A DNA stretch of 64,000 bases from Bacillota bacterium. Its GTDB lineage: Bacteria; Bacillota; Dehalobacteriia; UBA4068; UBA4997. A program made the position numbers and the translations under genes. The stretch is from assembly GCA_017397935.1 (NCBI GenBank), contig JAFQHN010000025.1, positions 9,014 through 73,013 on the forward strand, read 5' to 3'. Below, piece after piece: positions 1 through 9,051 of this stretch (position 1 is its first letter; each line of letters starts with the position of its first letter). The notes under the pieces are model-generated. The model did not search any database. It had not been told where the DNA came from and saw only the letters and a list, made by a program, of their open reading frames with translations.

Positions 1-176
1 TGATGTAATGTTGAGAATGGATAGCTATATTTGTCCTGATCGGCGTATTTGATAGACTTGAATAAACGGCTGTGGCTGTTTGTTGTATATGTTTTAATCA
101 AAATTTAATAAAAGTGCCTGGCTGTATTTTATAAATTATAAAATATGATGGGGAAGGGTGCTTATAGATTAAGGGG

Positions 177-395
177 ATGAAGGTTTTGGCCAAGAAGTTT
201 AAGGTTTTGCTTAATCAGAAAACCTGCAAAGCGTGCGGTATTTGCATGGCTTTGTGTCCGAAGAAGGTTCTGGGCAAACAGCATGACGGCAAGGCTGTGG
301 TAGTGGATGAGGCGGCTTGTATCGGCTGTCAGAGCTGTTCGATGCATTGTCCGGATTTTTGTTTTGTGGTGAAGGAGGCTGCTGCTGATGAGTGA
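177..395 (+). CDS. korD: 4Fe-4S ferredoxin-type delta subunit of 2-oxoacid:ferredoxin oxidoreductase
   Basis: 72 aa with two CxxCxxCxxxCP clusters, directly upstream of and overlapping the alpha subunit; RBS spacing to ATG is poor so the exact start is uncertain. Confidence 0.7.
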   Translation: MKVLAKKFKVLLNQKTCKACGICMALCPKKVLGKQHDGKAVVVDEAACIGCQSCSMHCPDFCFVVKEAAADE

Positions 396-1563
396 GAAAA
401 TGACCAATAGCTGCAAGGGTACTGCCAATGTGCAGCTTATGCAGGGCAACGAGGCCTGTGCTATGGGTGCCATCAAGGCCGGTGCGTCTTTCTTCGGCGG
501 TTATCCGATCACACCCAGTACTGAGATTGCCGAATATATTGCCAGGGAGTTTCCCAAGCTGGGGCGTTATTTTATGCAGATGGAGGATGAGATTGCTTCT
601 ATTGGTGCGATGATTGGCGCATCTATGGTGGGGCATAAGGCGTTTACCGCCACCTCCGGGCCCGGTTTCTCATTGATGCAGGAGTTGATTGGCTACGCTG
701 CGGTGGCCGAGGTTCCGTTGGTTATCATTAATGTTATGCGTTTTGGCCCCAGCACCGGTTTGCCCACCATGCCGCAGTCGGGTGATATTATGCAGGCGCG
801 TTGGGGCACCCACGGAGATCACTCGATTATTGCGCTTTCGCCTTCCTCGGTGACCGAGGCTTATTATATGACTATTGATGCGTTTAATCTGGCCGAGAAA
901 TATCGCACGCCTGTGGTGCTGCTTATGGATGAAAAAGTCGGCCACCTGCGTGAGGGTTTTGATATTTCCAATGATCCTGAGCCGGAGATTTTTGACCGCG
1001 TAAGTGCGCATGAGGGCAAATATGTGCCTTTTGCCAATACCGAAAGCGGTGTGCCGCCGTTTGTGGCCTTGGGCCAGGGTGAGCGTTATCATTTTACCGG
1101 TTTGACGCACAATGAGGCCGGTTTTTATACATCTGATGCCGGCAAGGTTAGCGAGTTTATGCAGCGCATTTGCGGTAAAATTGAGGACCATGTTGATGAG
1201 ATTGCCCAGTTTGAGCTGGATGCTATGGATGATGCCGAAATTGTTATCATGGCTTACGGTGCGGTTGCACGCTCTGCCCATGAGACGGTGGAGAGCCTGC
1301 GTAACGCCGGCCATAAGGTTGGCTTGCTGCGTCTGAAAACCATCTGGCCATTCCATACTGATAAGGTGCGTGAGTTGTGCGCCGGCAAAAAGCTGGTGGC
1401 TATGCCCGAGATGAATATGGGGCAGCTGGCTGTTATGGCCAAGGCGGCGCTGGGTGATATGCCTTTCCTGCCGATAAATCAAGTGGACGGCCGTTTGATC
1501 AAGCCCGAAACCATTGAAAAGGCTATTTTGGATAAGCTGGCCGAAATGGGAGGTGACCGCTGA
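388..1563 (+). CDS. korA: 2-oxoacid (2-oxoglutarate/2-ketoisovalerate):ferredoxin oxidoreductase alpha subunit
   Basis: 391 aa; N-terminal GNEACAMGAIKAGASFFGGYPITPSTEI motif typical of the POR/KOR/VOR alpha family. Confidence 0.9.
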   Translation: MSEKMTNSCKGTANVQLMQGNEACAMGAIKAGASFFGGYPITPSTEIAEYIAREFPKLGRYFMQMEDEIASIGAMIGASMVGHKAFTATSGPGFSLMQELIGYAAVAEVPLVIINVMRFGPSTGLPTMPQSGDIMQARWGTHGDHSIIALSPSSVTEAYYMTIDAFNLAEKYRTPVVLLMDEKVGHLREGFDISNDPEPEIFDRVSAHEGKYVPFANTESGVPPFVALGQGERYHFTGLTHNEAGFYTSDAGKVSEFMQRICGKIEDHVDEIAQFELDAMDDAEIVIMAYGAVARSAHETVESLRNAGHKVGLLRLKTIWPFHTDKVRELCAGKKLVAMPEMNMGQLAVMAKAALGDMPFLPINQVDGRLIKPETIEKAILDKLAEMGGDR

Positions 1564-2378
1564 TGGAAGCAGTATATGAGAAGTATTTTCGCGGTAACCT
1601 GCCGCATATTTGGTGCCCCGGCTGCGGCAACGGCATTGTGATGTCGGCCATTGCCCGTGCGTTGGATAAGCTGGGTTATCCGCAGGATGATGTTTTGTTT
1701 ATTTCCGGCATCGGCTGTTCTTCCCGTATGTCGGGTTATATGGATTTGAACACGGTGCATACGGCTCACGGCCGTGCGTTGGCTTTTGCCACCGGCGCCA
1801 AGGTGTGCGAGCCGCGCCTGCACGTTTTTGTGCTGATGGGTGACGGTGACGCTGCTGCGATTGGCGGTAATCATTTTATTCACGCCTGCCGCCGCAATAT
1901 TGATATGACGGCTATTGTTATCAATAACAGCATTTACGGTATGACCGGCGGCCAGTTCTCGCCGCTGACGCCTACCGGCAAAAAGGCCACCACTGCGCCT
2001 TACGGCAGCATTGACCGTGCTTTTAATCTGGTTGAGCTGTCTCGTGGTGCAGGTGCAACCTATGTGGCCCGTGCCGATGTTTACCACGCCGCGCTGCTGA
2101 CCAACCTGATTGTGGAGGCGGCTCAGCATAAAGGTTTCTCGGTGGTGGAGGCTGTGTCTACCTGCCCGATTTCCTTTGGCCGCTACAATGATATGCCCGA
2201 ACCTGCCGATATGATGATGTGGCTGCGTGATAACACCATTACGGTTGCGCAGGCTGCCAAACTGACTGATGAAGAGGCGGCTGATAAAATCATCATCGGC
2301 AAGCATTTTGAGACCGAGGCCGTGGAATACGGCGAGGAAATGGCCCGTTTGTTGGCATCCGCAAAGGAGGCTGAGTAA
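1563..2378 (+). CDS. korB: 2-oxoacid:ferredoxin oxidoreductase beta subunit (TPP-binding)
   Basis: 271 aa; CPGCGNGI and GDGD...GGNH TPP-binding signatures; start overlaps korA stop (ATGA). Confidence 0.9.
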   Translation: MEAVYEKYFRGNLPHIWCPGCGNGIVMSAIARALDKLGYPQDDVLFISGIGCSSRMSGYMDLNTVHTAHGRALAFATGAKVCEPRLHVFVLMGDGDAAAIGGNHFIHACRRNIDMTAIVINNSIYGMTGGQFSPLTPTGKKATTAPYGSIDRAFNLVELSRGAGATYVARADVYHAALLTNLIVEAAQHKGFSVVEAVSTCPISFGRYNDMPEPADMMMWLRDNTITVAQAAKLTDEEAADKIIIGKHFETEAVEYGEEMARLLASAKEAE

Positions 2379-2380
2379 GC

Positions 2381-2923
2381 ATGAAGTATGAAGTTCGCTT
2401 TTCCGGTACCGGTGGCCAGGGTATCATCCGCTGTGCGGTGCTGTTGGCCGAGGCTGCCCTTTATGACGGCTACCATGCGGCTCAAAGCCAGGTTTACGGC
2501 CCCGAATCCCGCGGCGGCAGCAGCCAGGGTGAGGTTGTTATTAAAGACAGCGCCATTTATTATCCCAAAGTGGTTTGCCCCGATGTTCTGCTCTGCCTTT
2601 CTCAGGAGGCGTACAACAAATATGCCGCAGACATTGTGCCGGGTGGCATTTTGATTGTGGATGAACATTTTGTGCAGCGTACCGGCATCGAGGCTGAATC
2701 GGTGAAGGTTTATGAACTGCCGATCGTGGTAACTGCTCAGGACCGTCTGCAAAACGAGATGAGCGCCAATGTGGTGGCGCTGGGTGCTATTGTGGGCCTG
2801 ACGGAGATTGTTTCGGATGAGGCGATTGAGCGCGCTCTGGCCAACAACTTTAAGGCCAAGGTGCTGCCGGGCAATCTGGAAGCTTACCGTGTGGGTGTTG
2901 AGCTGGCCAGGGCTGCCAAATAA
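2381..2923 (+). CDS. korC: 2-oxoacid:ferredoxin oxidoreductase gamma subunit
   Basis: 180 aa; GTGGQG motif; immediately follows korB. Confidence 0.9.
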   Translation: MKYEVRFSGTGGQGIIRCAVLLAEAALYDGYHAAQSQVYGPESRGGSSQGEVVIKDSAIYYPKVVCPDVLLCLSQEAYNKYAADIVPGGILIVDEHFVQRTGIEAESVKVYELPIVVTAQDRLQNEMSANVVALGAIVGLTEIVSDEAIERALANNFKAKVLPGNLEAYRVGVELARAAK

Positions 2924-2938
2924 TTTCTTATAATATTA

Positions 2939-2972
2939 ACGCTGTCGGCAGAAATCTCCGGCAGCGTTTTTG
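2939..2972 (+). terminator. Rho-independent terminator after kor operon
   Basis: GC hairpin (cgctgtcgg...ccggcagcg) followed by TTTTT. Confidence 0.6.
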
Positions 2973-3114
2973 GTTTGTCAGATAATGTTTGGCGGCTTGT
3001 CTGCATTTTGCGCCGGGGTAATGCATATTATTTATCAATAAATGATGAGAAAATGATATGAAAATTACGGAGTGACAAATTTGGAACAGAAAATGAAAAA
3101 TCAGCCGAAAACTC

Positions 3115-3143
3115 TTGACAAATCGACAAAAATCGTATATCAT
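3115..3143 (+). promoter_or_regulatory. sigma-A type promoter, TTGACA-17-TATCAT, for feoAB
   Basis: Perfect -35 TTGACA at 3115-3120, a 17-nt spacer, then -10 TATCAT at 3138-3143; it lies inside the N-terminal extension of the 128-aa ORF-track call, which argues for the shorter feoA start. Confidence 0.6.
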
Positions 3144-3245
3144 ACTGAGTTAGTGAGGACTAACCAGCCGACCTTTCGGGTGACGCGAAAATCGGCGGAG
3201 GATTTGCGCCCCAAGGTGCATCAAGAGTTGTGTCAGGTGAAGAAT

Positions 3246-3458
3246 ATGAATTTAACTGCTGCCCAAGAGGGGCAAGAGTATATTATCAAAAGCATTGAGA
3301 CTGCTGACGAGGAGTTGGACGCGTTTTTGTTCTCTCTGGGCTGTTACAGCGGAGAGCCGATAACCGTGATTGCTCATCGTAAGGGCGGTTGTGTGGTGTC
3401 GATAAAAGATGCCAGATATAGCATCGACACCCAACTGGCCGAGGCCATCATAATTTAA
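3246..3458 (+). CDS. feoA: FeoA family ferrous iron transport protein
   Basis: 70-aa SH3-like FeoA domain starting at ATG 3246 with RBS AGGTGA 8 nt upstream; the ORF-track 3072 start would run across the promoter. Confidence 0.8.
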   Translation: MNLTAAQEGQEYIIKSIETADEELDAFLFSLGCYSGEPITVIAHRKGGCVVSIKDARYSIDTQLAEAIII

Positions 3459-3552
3459 GTTATTATCAGCAACCCTGGTTGCCAAGGTGCGCCGGGGTTT
3501 GCTTTCCCCTTGATGTTAGTCATGTATAACAAGATATAAAGGAGAAACTTCA

Positions 3553-5541
3553 ATGAGAATTGCTTTGATTGGTAATCCTAACAGCGGCAAAACAACTATG
3601 TATAACGCGCTTACCGGCCGCAACGAGCGTGTGGGCAACTGGGCCGGTGTGACGGTGGATAAAAAAATCAGCCCTATTAAAAAAAGCATTTACGCCGCGG
3701 ATGAGGAGCTGCTGGCCGTCGATTTGCCCGGTGCGTATTCAATGTCGCCGTTTACCTCGGAGGAAAGTGTTGCCAGCGAGTATGTTACCGGCGAGAATCC
3801 CGATGTTATCATCAATATTGTGGATGCCACCAACCTCAGTCGCAGTCTGTTCTTTACCACTCAGCTGCTGGAACTGGGTATCCCGGTGGTGGTTGCGCTG
3901 AACAAAAGCGATTTGAATGAGAAAAAGGATACCAAAATTGATTTCAAGGCCCTCTCGGCGGCGCTTAACTGCCCGGTGGTAGAAACTGTTTCCACCTCGT
4001 CAGACGGCCTGACAGAGCTGGTTAAAATTGCCGTAAGGCAGCGTGGCAAGGGGCAGAAGGCTCCGTATCAGCAGGGCAGCGTGGATCTGACCACCAAGGC
4101 AGGGGTCGAGGCGGCAGACCGTAAGCGTTTTGAATTTGTGAACAAGCTGGTGGCCATGGTAGAAAAGCGCACGGTGCTGACCAGCGAGAAGAATTATCAG
4201 GACAAAATTGATGATGTGCTGACCAACAAGTGGCTGGGCATCCCGATTTTTGCGGTGGTTATGTTCCTGGTGTTCCAAATTTCGCAGGCGTGGGTTGGCC
4301 CCTGGCTGGCGGACACACTGGTGGCGTGGTTGGAGGCCGGGCAAGCTATGGTCGGTGAGGCGGTTTCCGGTGCGTCGGACATCTGGCAGGCGTTGCTGGT
4401 TGACGGCGTGATCGGCGGTGTGATTGCGGTTATCGGTTTTTTGCCGCTGGTTATGGTCATGTATTTTTTGATGGCGCTGCTGGAAGATTGCGGTTATATG
4501 GCCCGTGTTTCGGTGGTGTTGGACCCGATTTTTAAGAAGGTCGGCCTTTCCGGTAAATCCGTTATCCCATTTGTTATCGGCACCGGCTGTGCTATTCCCG
4601 GTGTTATGGCCAGCCGCACCATTCGCAACGAGCGTGAGCGTAATGCCACCGCCATGTTGACGCCTTTTATGCCCTGCGGCGCCAAACTGCCGGTTATCAG
4701 CCTGTTTGCCGGTGCGTTTTTTCCCGAGAATCCCTGGGTGGGCACGATGATGTACTTTGCCGGTATTCTGCTGATTTTCTTTGGTGCGCTGCTGATTAAC
4801 AGGATCACCGGTTATAAGGCCAAAAAGTCGTATTTTATTATCGAGCTGCCGGAGTATAAAATCCCCAGCTTAAAGCGAGCTTTTATGTCGATGTGCGCCC
4901 GCGGCTGGGCGTTTATCGTTAAGGCTGCCACCATCATTTTGCTGTGCAACACGGCGGTTCAGGTGATGCAGACCTTCGACTGGCACTTGCAGGTGGTGGA
5001 AGAAGGCGCGGAAAATACCTCTATTCTGGCGTCGAGTGCCAATCCCTTTGCTTATCTGCTTATCCCGATTGTCGGCCTGCACGCATGGCAATTGGCGGCG
5101 GCGGCTGTTACCGGCTTCATCGCCAAGGAGAATGTGGTGGGTACGCTGGCGGTTTGCTTTGGCATTTCTCACCTTATCAACACCGAGGAGTTGGAGATGG
5201 TGGAGGGCGCCGGCACCGAGGTTGCGGTGGCTTTGGGTATTACCAAGGCGGCGGCGCTGGCTTATTTGATATTTAACCTGTTTAGTCCGCCCTGTTTTGC
5301 GGCTATCGGTGCGATGAATGCTGAAATTAAGGATAAAAAATGGCTGTTTGGCGGTATTCTCATGCAGCTGGGCGTGGGCTATACCGTGGGCTTTGCGGCT
5401 TATCAAATCGGCACGCTGATTACGACCGGTGCTGTTGGTGCAGGCTTTGTGCCCGGTTTGCTGGCGGTGGCTGTTATGGTGGGTATTGTGGCGGCGCTGA
5501 TTGCCAAAACTGACCGTGAAGTTGCCGCAGGCAGCAAGTAA
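3553..5541 (+). CDS. feoB: Ferrous iron transporter FeoB (G-protein plus membrane domain)
   Basis: 662 aa; N-terminal GNPNSGKTT G1 motif; long polytopic C-terminal domain. Confidence 0.95.
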   Translation: MRIALIGNPNSGKTTMYNALTGRNERVGNWAGVTVDKKISPIKKSIYAADEELLAVDLPGAYSMSPFTSEESVASEYVTGENPDVIINIVDATNLSRSLFFTTQLLELGIPVVVALNKSDLNEKKDTKIDFKALSAALNCPVVETVSTSSDGLTELVKIAVRQRGKGQKAPYQQGSVDLTTKAGVEAADRKRFEFVNKLVAMVEKRTVLTSEKNYQDKIDDVLTNKWLGIPIFAVVMFLVFQISQAWVGPWLADTLVAWLEAGQAMVGEAVSGASDIWQALLVDGVIGGVIAVIGFLPLVMVMYFLMALLEDCGYMARVSVVLDPIFKKVGLSGKSVIPFVIGTGCAIPGVMASRTIRNERERNATAMLTPFMPCGAKLPVISLFAGAFFPENPWVGTMMYFAGILLIFFGALLINRITGYKAKKSYFIIELPEYKIPSLKRAFMSMCARGWAFIVKAATIILLCNTAVQVMQTFDWHLQVVEEGAENTSILASSANPFAYLLIPIVGLHAWQLAAAAVTGFIAKENVVGTLAVCFGISHLINTEELEMVEGAGTEVAVALGITKAAALAYLIFNLFSPPCFAAIGAMNAEIKDKKWLFGGILMQLGVGYTVGFAAYQIGTLITTGAVGAGFVPGLLAVAVMVGIVAALIAKTDREVAAGSK

Positions 5542-5565
5542 TACATAATTTTAGGAGAAAATATT

Positions 5566-5736
5566 ATGCAGGATTTGTTGGTTATCGGTGTGGTGGCTGT
5601 GATTGTTGGTTTGGCGGCGGCTTATGTTATCCGTGCCAAAAAACGCGGCCAAAAGTGCATTGGCTGTCCGGATTCGTCTTGTTGCCCGTCCGGCGGCAAA
5701 TGTGAGGGCGGCTGTAATTGCAATTGCCATAAATAA
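5566..5736 (+). CDS. FeoB-associated Cys-rich membrane protein (small, absent from the ORF track)
   Basis: 56 aa, MQDLLVIGVVAVIVGLAAAYVIRAKKRGQKCIGCPDSSCCPSGGKCEGGCNCNCHK; one TM helix plus a Cys-rich tail; RBS AGGAGA 8 nt upstream; 25 nt after the feoB stop. Confidence 0.7.
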   Translation: MQDLLVIGVVAVIVGLAAAYVIRAKKRGQKCIGCPDSSCCPSGGKCEGGCNCNCHK

Positions 5737-5755
5737 GTAAATATATAATAAAGAA

Positions 5756-5799
5756 ACCGCTGTATACGGGCCGATTAAGACCTGCGTACAGCGGTTTTT
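5756..5799. terminator. Bidirectional Rho-independent terminator between the feo operon and zupT
   Basis: accgctgta...tacagcggt stem followed by TTTTT on plus and a T-rich run on minus. Confidence 0.65.
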
Positions 5800-5825
5800 A
5801 AGTGCCTGTGGGCGGTTTTTGGGGG

Positions 5826-6614
5826 TTATCCCAGGGCCACATCCAGCGTCATCATCAACGCAAAGCCCAGGGCGAAGAATATGGTGCCGATGTTGGAGTG
5901 CTTGCCCTGAGACATTTCGGGGATAAGCTCCTCAACCACCACATACAGCATAGAGCCGGCGGAGAAGCTGAGGAAATACGGCAGCGCCGGCCCGATGTAA
6001 GCGGCCAGCATGATCATCAGCAGGGCGCCCAGAGGCTCCACAATGCCTGATAATGCGCCAAGTGCAAAGGCCTTGCCACGGCTGCTGCCCTCGGCTCTAA
6101 GCGGCAGGGAGATGATTGCACCCTCAGGGAAGTTCTGGATGGCAATACCCAGCGAGAAGGCCAGCGCACCCATGAGGGTAATGTCGCCGTTGCCGGAGAG
6201 CAGACCGGCATAAACCACGCCGGTCGCCATGCCCTCGGGGATATTGTGCATGGTAACGGCCAACACCAGCATGGCCGAGCGTCCCAGCTTGCTTTGTGGG
6301 CCCTCGGGGCAATCAGCGCAGCGGTGCAGGTGGGGGATGATATGGTCCAGCAGCAGCAGGAACAGCATACCCAGTAAAAACCCGATAACCGCAGGTAAAA
6401 AGGCTAACTTGCCCAAGTGTTCGGATTGATTCATCGCAGGTATCAGCAAACTCCAAACGGATGCCGCCACCATGACACCGGCCGCAAATCCGGTAAATGC
6501 ACGCTGTATGCCTTCGTTCAGGGTGTCTTTCAGCAGAAAAACACAGCTTGCGCCCAGCGTGGTGCCCAGAAACGGCAGCACCAACCCGAATAGTATTTCT
6601 TTGGTGATAAGCAT
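5826..6614 (-). CDS. zupT: ZIP family metal (zinc) transporter
   Basis: 262 aa; polytopic, His-rich loop HLHRCADCPEGP; ZIP/ZupT-like signature HNIPEG. Confidence 0.85.
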   Translation of the reverse strand: MLITKEILFGLVLPFLGTTLGASCVFLLKDTLNEGIQRAFTGFAAGVMVAASVWSLLIPAMNQSEHLGKLAFLPAVIGFLLGMLFLLLLDHIIPHLHRCADCPEGPQSKLGRSAMLVLAVTMHNIPEGMATGVVYAGLLSGNGDITLMGALAFSLGIAIQNFPEGAIISLPLRAEGSSRGKAFALGALSGIVEPLGALLMIMLAAYIGPALPYFLSFSAGSMLYVVVEELIPEMSQGKHSNIGTIFFALGFALMMTLDVALG

Positions 6615-6656
6615 TTATTACCTCCTTTTTGATAATAGTTTTATTGGATAAAACAG

Positions 6657-7019
6657 TTAATTCTTTAATTCTCCGTTATTGAATTTCTCGTCATATTTCA
6701 AAATTTCATCTTTGTCAAGCAAATCGCTGCCTGCTACATCTTGCTTTATAATTTCGTTATTACGGTATGTAAATGTGAAGATGATGTCCGGCTCACTTGC
6801 AAATTCCACAAAAATCCGCCGTTCATTGTAGCCCAACAGTTTATTCATAAAGGAATGTTTGACCTCAATATCTGCAATATCTTCCTGTGTGTAGCCTTTT
6901 GCTGCTAAGAAATCATAGGTCTTGGTTTTCATATCATTTGCGGCATAAAAGTTATAGGATACAATGATTATTGCCAGTACCAATATCGCTGTCAAGGCTG
7001 CCAACAGTTTCTTTTTCAC
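6657..7019 (-). CDS. DUF3139/YxeA-like small membrane-anchored protein (AT-rich, possibly acquired)
   Basis: 120 aa with an N-terminal TM anchor; GC far below the surrounding genes; GTG start preceded by a tandemly duplicated AAGGAGGATATG. Confidence 0.5.
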   Translation of the reverse strand: MKKKLLAALTAILVLAIIIVSYNFYAANDMKTKTYDFLAAKGYTQEDIADIEVKHSFMNKLLGYNERRIFVEFASEPDIIFTFTYRNNEIIKQDVAGSDLLDKDEILKYDEKFNNGELKN

Positions 7020-7293
7020 AAATCATATCCTCCTTGCATATCCTCCTTGGCACGGCAAGGTGTTGCTTCGGCAATATCAATTTCGCCTGATTACATTATA
7101 CTTGAAAATATGTTGTAAAGCAAATTTTTTGTTTTTATCAGGCAATAGTAGTCAAAAATTCTGCTTATCGTCGGTATAATTGGGGACAATGCTGCCGATG
7201 TGGAAAAAAACATCCACAAGCCACCGTCAGGAGATAACTTATGGATATTTTTATTCATGCCGTCAGTTTTTGATAAGCTTGGTTTGTTGCAGC

Positions 7294-8280
7294 TTAGAAC
7301 TCCAAATTGACACGGACATCATCGAGAGCAACAGCTTTGGTAATCAGACCTTGTGCCAGCATCCAGTCAATATTTTCCTGCCAGCATTTATCGGATTGTG
7401 ACAGGAATGCGGCGTCTGCGTTCTCCATCATGGGCAGCAGAACGGCCATGCTTTCGTGTTCCACCGTCTCAGACAGAGGGAAGTTTGCCTCATTCTGATT
7501 GTTCAGCAGAATTTGTAATGCGGCCTCCGGGTCATTTTTCATGTCGGCAAAGCCCTTGGCGGAGGCTCTAAGAAATGCTTGCAGGGTCTCGCTGTCATTT
7601 TCGATGGCCGTGTCATTGGCCAGGAACACGCCTTCATAGTAGGATGGAACGCCATATTCATCCAGGCCAAACCAATTCACGGAGAAGCCTTCCTCCTCCA
7701 TCTGGGGAACCTCATGATTTACCAGACAGCCGATGGTGGCGTCCACATTTCCGGTGGTCATGGAGCTCATCAGGTCGAAACCAACGTCGATCATGGTTAC
7801 ATCGTTGTAGTCGGCGCCCACATTCTCCATGATGCTGCGGATCAGTGCCTCAGACAGCTCTGTACCAGCGTAGCCAATGGTCTTGCCTACCAGATCCTCT
7901 GCGGTGGTAATGTTCTGTTCTGCCAGAGAAAGTACAATATTCAGTGGGCCCTGCACCACAGCGCCGATAGATTTCACCGGGACATTCTGCTCTGCACGGG
8001 CCTGAATAACATCCTGCTGGTAGTACAGGCCAATGTCTGCCTGGCCGGCAGCCACCAGAGAAATAGCATCATTGGAGTTGGAGGGGAACCGGATATTTAC
8101 CTGCAAGCCCTCGTCCTCGTAGTAGCCCTTCTCCATGGCCACATACATAAAGGTGTGCAGAGCATTGGGATACCAGTCCAGAACCACATCAATTTCCTTC
8201 AAATCGTTGTTATTGTTGGATGCGCCGCAGCCGCTAAGCAGCATAAGGCAGACCAGCAGCAAAGATAAAATACGCTTCAT
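7294..8280 (-). CDS. thiY: ABC transporter substrate-binding lipoprotein, NMT1/THI5 (ThiY-like) family
   Basis: 328 aa; lipobox LLSGC; sits in an operon with tenA and thiD. Confidence 0.8.
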   Translation of the reverse strand: MKRILSLLLVCLMLLSGCGASNNNNDLKEIDVVLDWYPNALHTFMYVAMEKGYYEDEGLQVNIRFPSNSNDAISLVAAGQADIGLYYQQDVIQARAEQNVPVKSIGAVVQGPLNIVLSLAEQNITTAEDLVGKTIGYAGTELSEALIRSIMENVGADYNDVTMIDVGFDLMSSMTTGNVDATIGCLVNHEVPQMEEEGFSVNWFGLDEYGVPSYYEGVFLANDTAIENDSETLQAFLRASAKGFADMKNDPEAALQILLNNQNEANFPLSETVEHESMAVLLPMMENADAAFLSQSDKCWQENIDWMLAQGLITKAVALDDVRVNLEF

Positions 8281-8295
8281 AATAATTAACCTCTC

Positions 8296-9051
8296 TTATA
8301 ATTCTCCCCGCCAGCGAATCATTTTCTTCTCCAACAGCGCTACAAGTGCCACCGCCAGCATGGCAACTGCGGACATCAGCACGATGGGCGCAAACACGCC
8401 CGCACCGTCAAGCTGTGTCATCATGCGGCGGGAGAGGTATCCCAGACCGCTTTGCGCGCCCAGCCATTCACCGATGGCAGCGCCGATAACACTAAGAGGG
8501 ATGGCCATTTTAATGGCCGAGAAAAAATACGGAAGCGTGCAGGGAACTTTTATTTTGAAAAATATATCGCGCTTTGTTGCGCCGTAAGTTAGCAGCAGTT
8601 CTGTCATTTCCACTTTGGCAGACTGCAAGCCGTCATATACCGTGATGGTAATGGGAAAAAATGTGATGAGCACCGTCACCAGCACCTTGCTCCAAATACT
8701 GTAACCGAACCAAAGCACAAAAAGCGGCGCGATGGCGGTAGTCGGTATCGTCTGTGAGGCTACAACAACCGGATAGATTGCTTTTCGGCAAAACGGGCTG
8801 GCGTCCATCAGTATGGCAAGGCCCAAGCCCAACACCAGCGAGATTATAAGCCCCACAAGGGTGACCAGCATGGTGGCAGGCAGATGTTCGGTAAACAGCA
8901 CGATGCGCAATTCCCACAGCTTTTGCAGAATCTGAACGGGAGTGGGCAGGATATATGCAGCATTCACTTTCATCGCCCCAAGCTGCCACAGCATCAGCAG
9001 GGCAAATAGGAAAATAAGAGCCGGAAGATTGCTTTTACAGGCTTTTCTCAT
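8296..9051 (-). CDS. thiX: ABC transporter permease (ThiX-like)
   Basis: 251 aa; binding-protein-dependent transport permease topology. Confidence 0.8.
   Translation of the reverse strand: MRKACKSNLPALIFLFALLMLWQLGAMKVNAAYILPTPVQILQKLWELRIVLFTEHLPATMLVTLVGLIISLVLGLGLAILMDASPFCRKAIYPVVVASQTIPTTAIAPLFVLWFGYSIWSKVLVTVLITFFPITITVYDGLQSAKVEMTELLLTYGATKRDIFFKIKVPCTLPYFFSAIKMAIPLSVIGAAIGEWLGAQSGLGYLSRRMMTQLDGAGVFAPIVLMSAVAMLAVALVALLEKKMIRWRGEL

Noticed and set aside
1-176. Promoter for the kor operon in the first 176 nt (TATAAAT/TATAAAAT elements at about 133-147)
   Set aside because: The AT-rich region offers several overlapping candidate -10s with no convincing -35. The window start also truncates the context.
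670-2306. Large antisense ORFs (270 aa and 275 aa) opposite korA/korB, and similar ones opposite guaA, purF, carA and polA (51935-53428, 53441-54553, 54478-55428, 32268-33251)
   Set aside because: They are opposite strongly conserved enzyme genes, are low-complexity and Arg/His-rich as is typical of GC-rich antisense frames, and lack RBSs.
3023-3068. Possible Fur box upstream of the feoA promoter (AATGAT repeats: ...TTTATCAATAAATGATGAGAAAATGATATG...)
   Set aside because: It does not form the 7-1-7 TGATAAT-N-ATTATCA inverted repeat. The AT-rich resemblance is too weak to call without a PWM scan.
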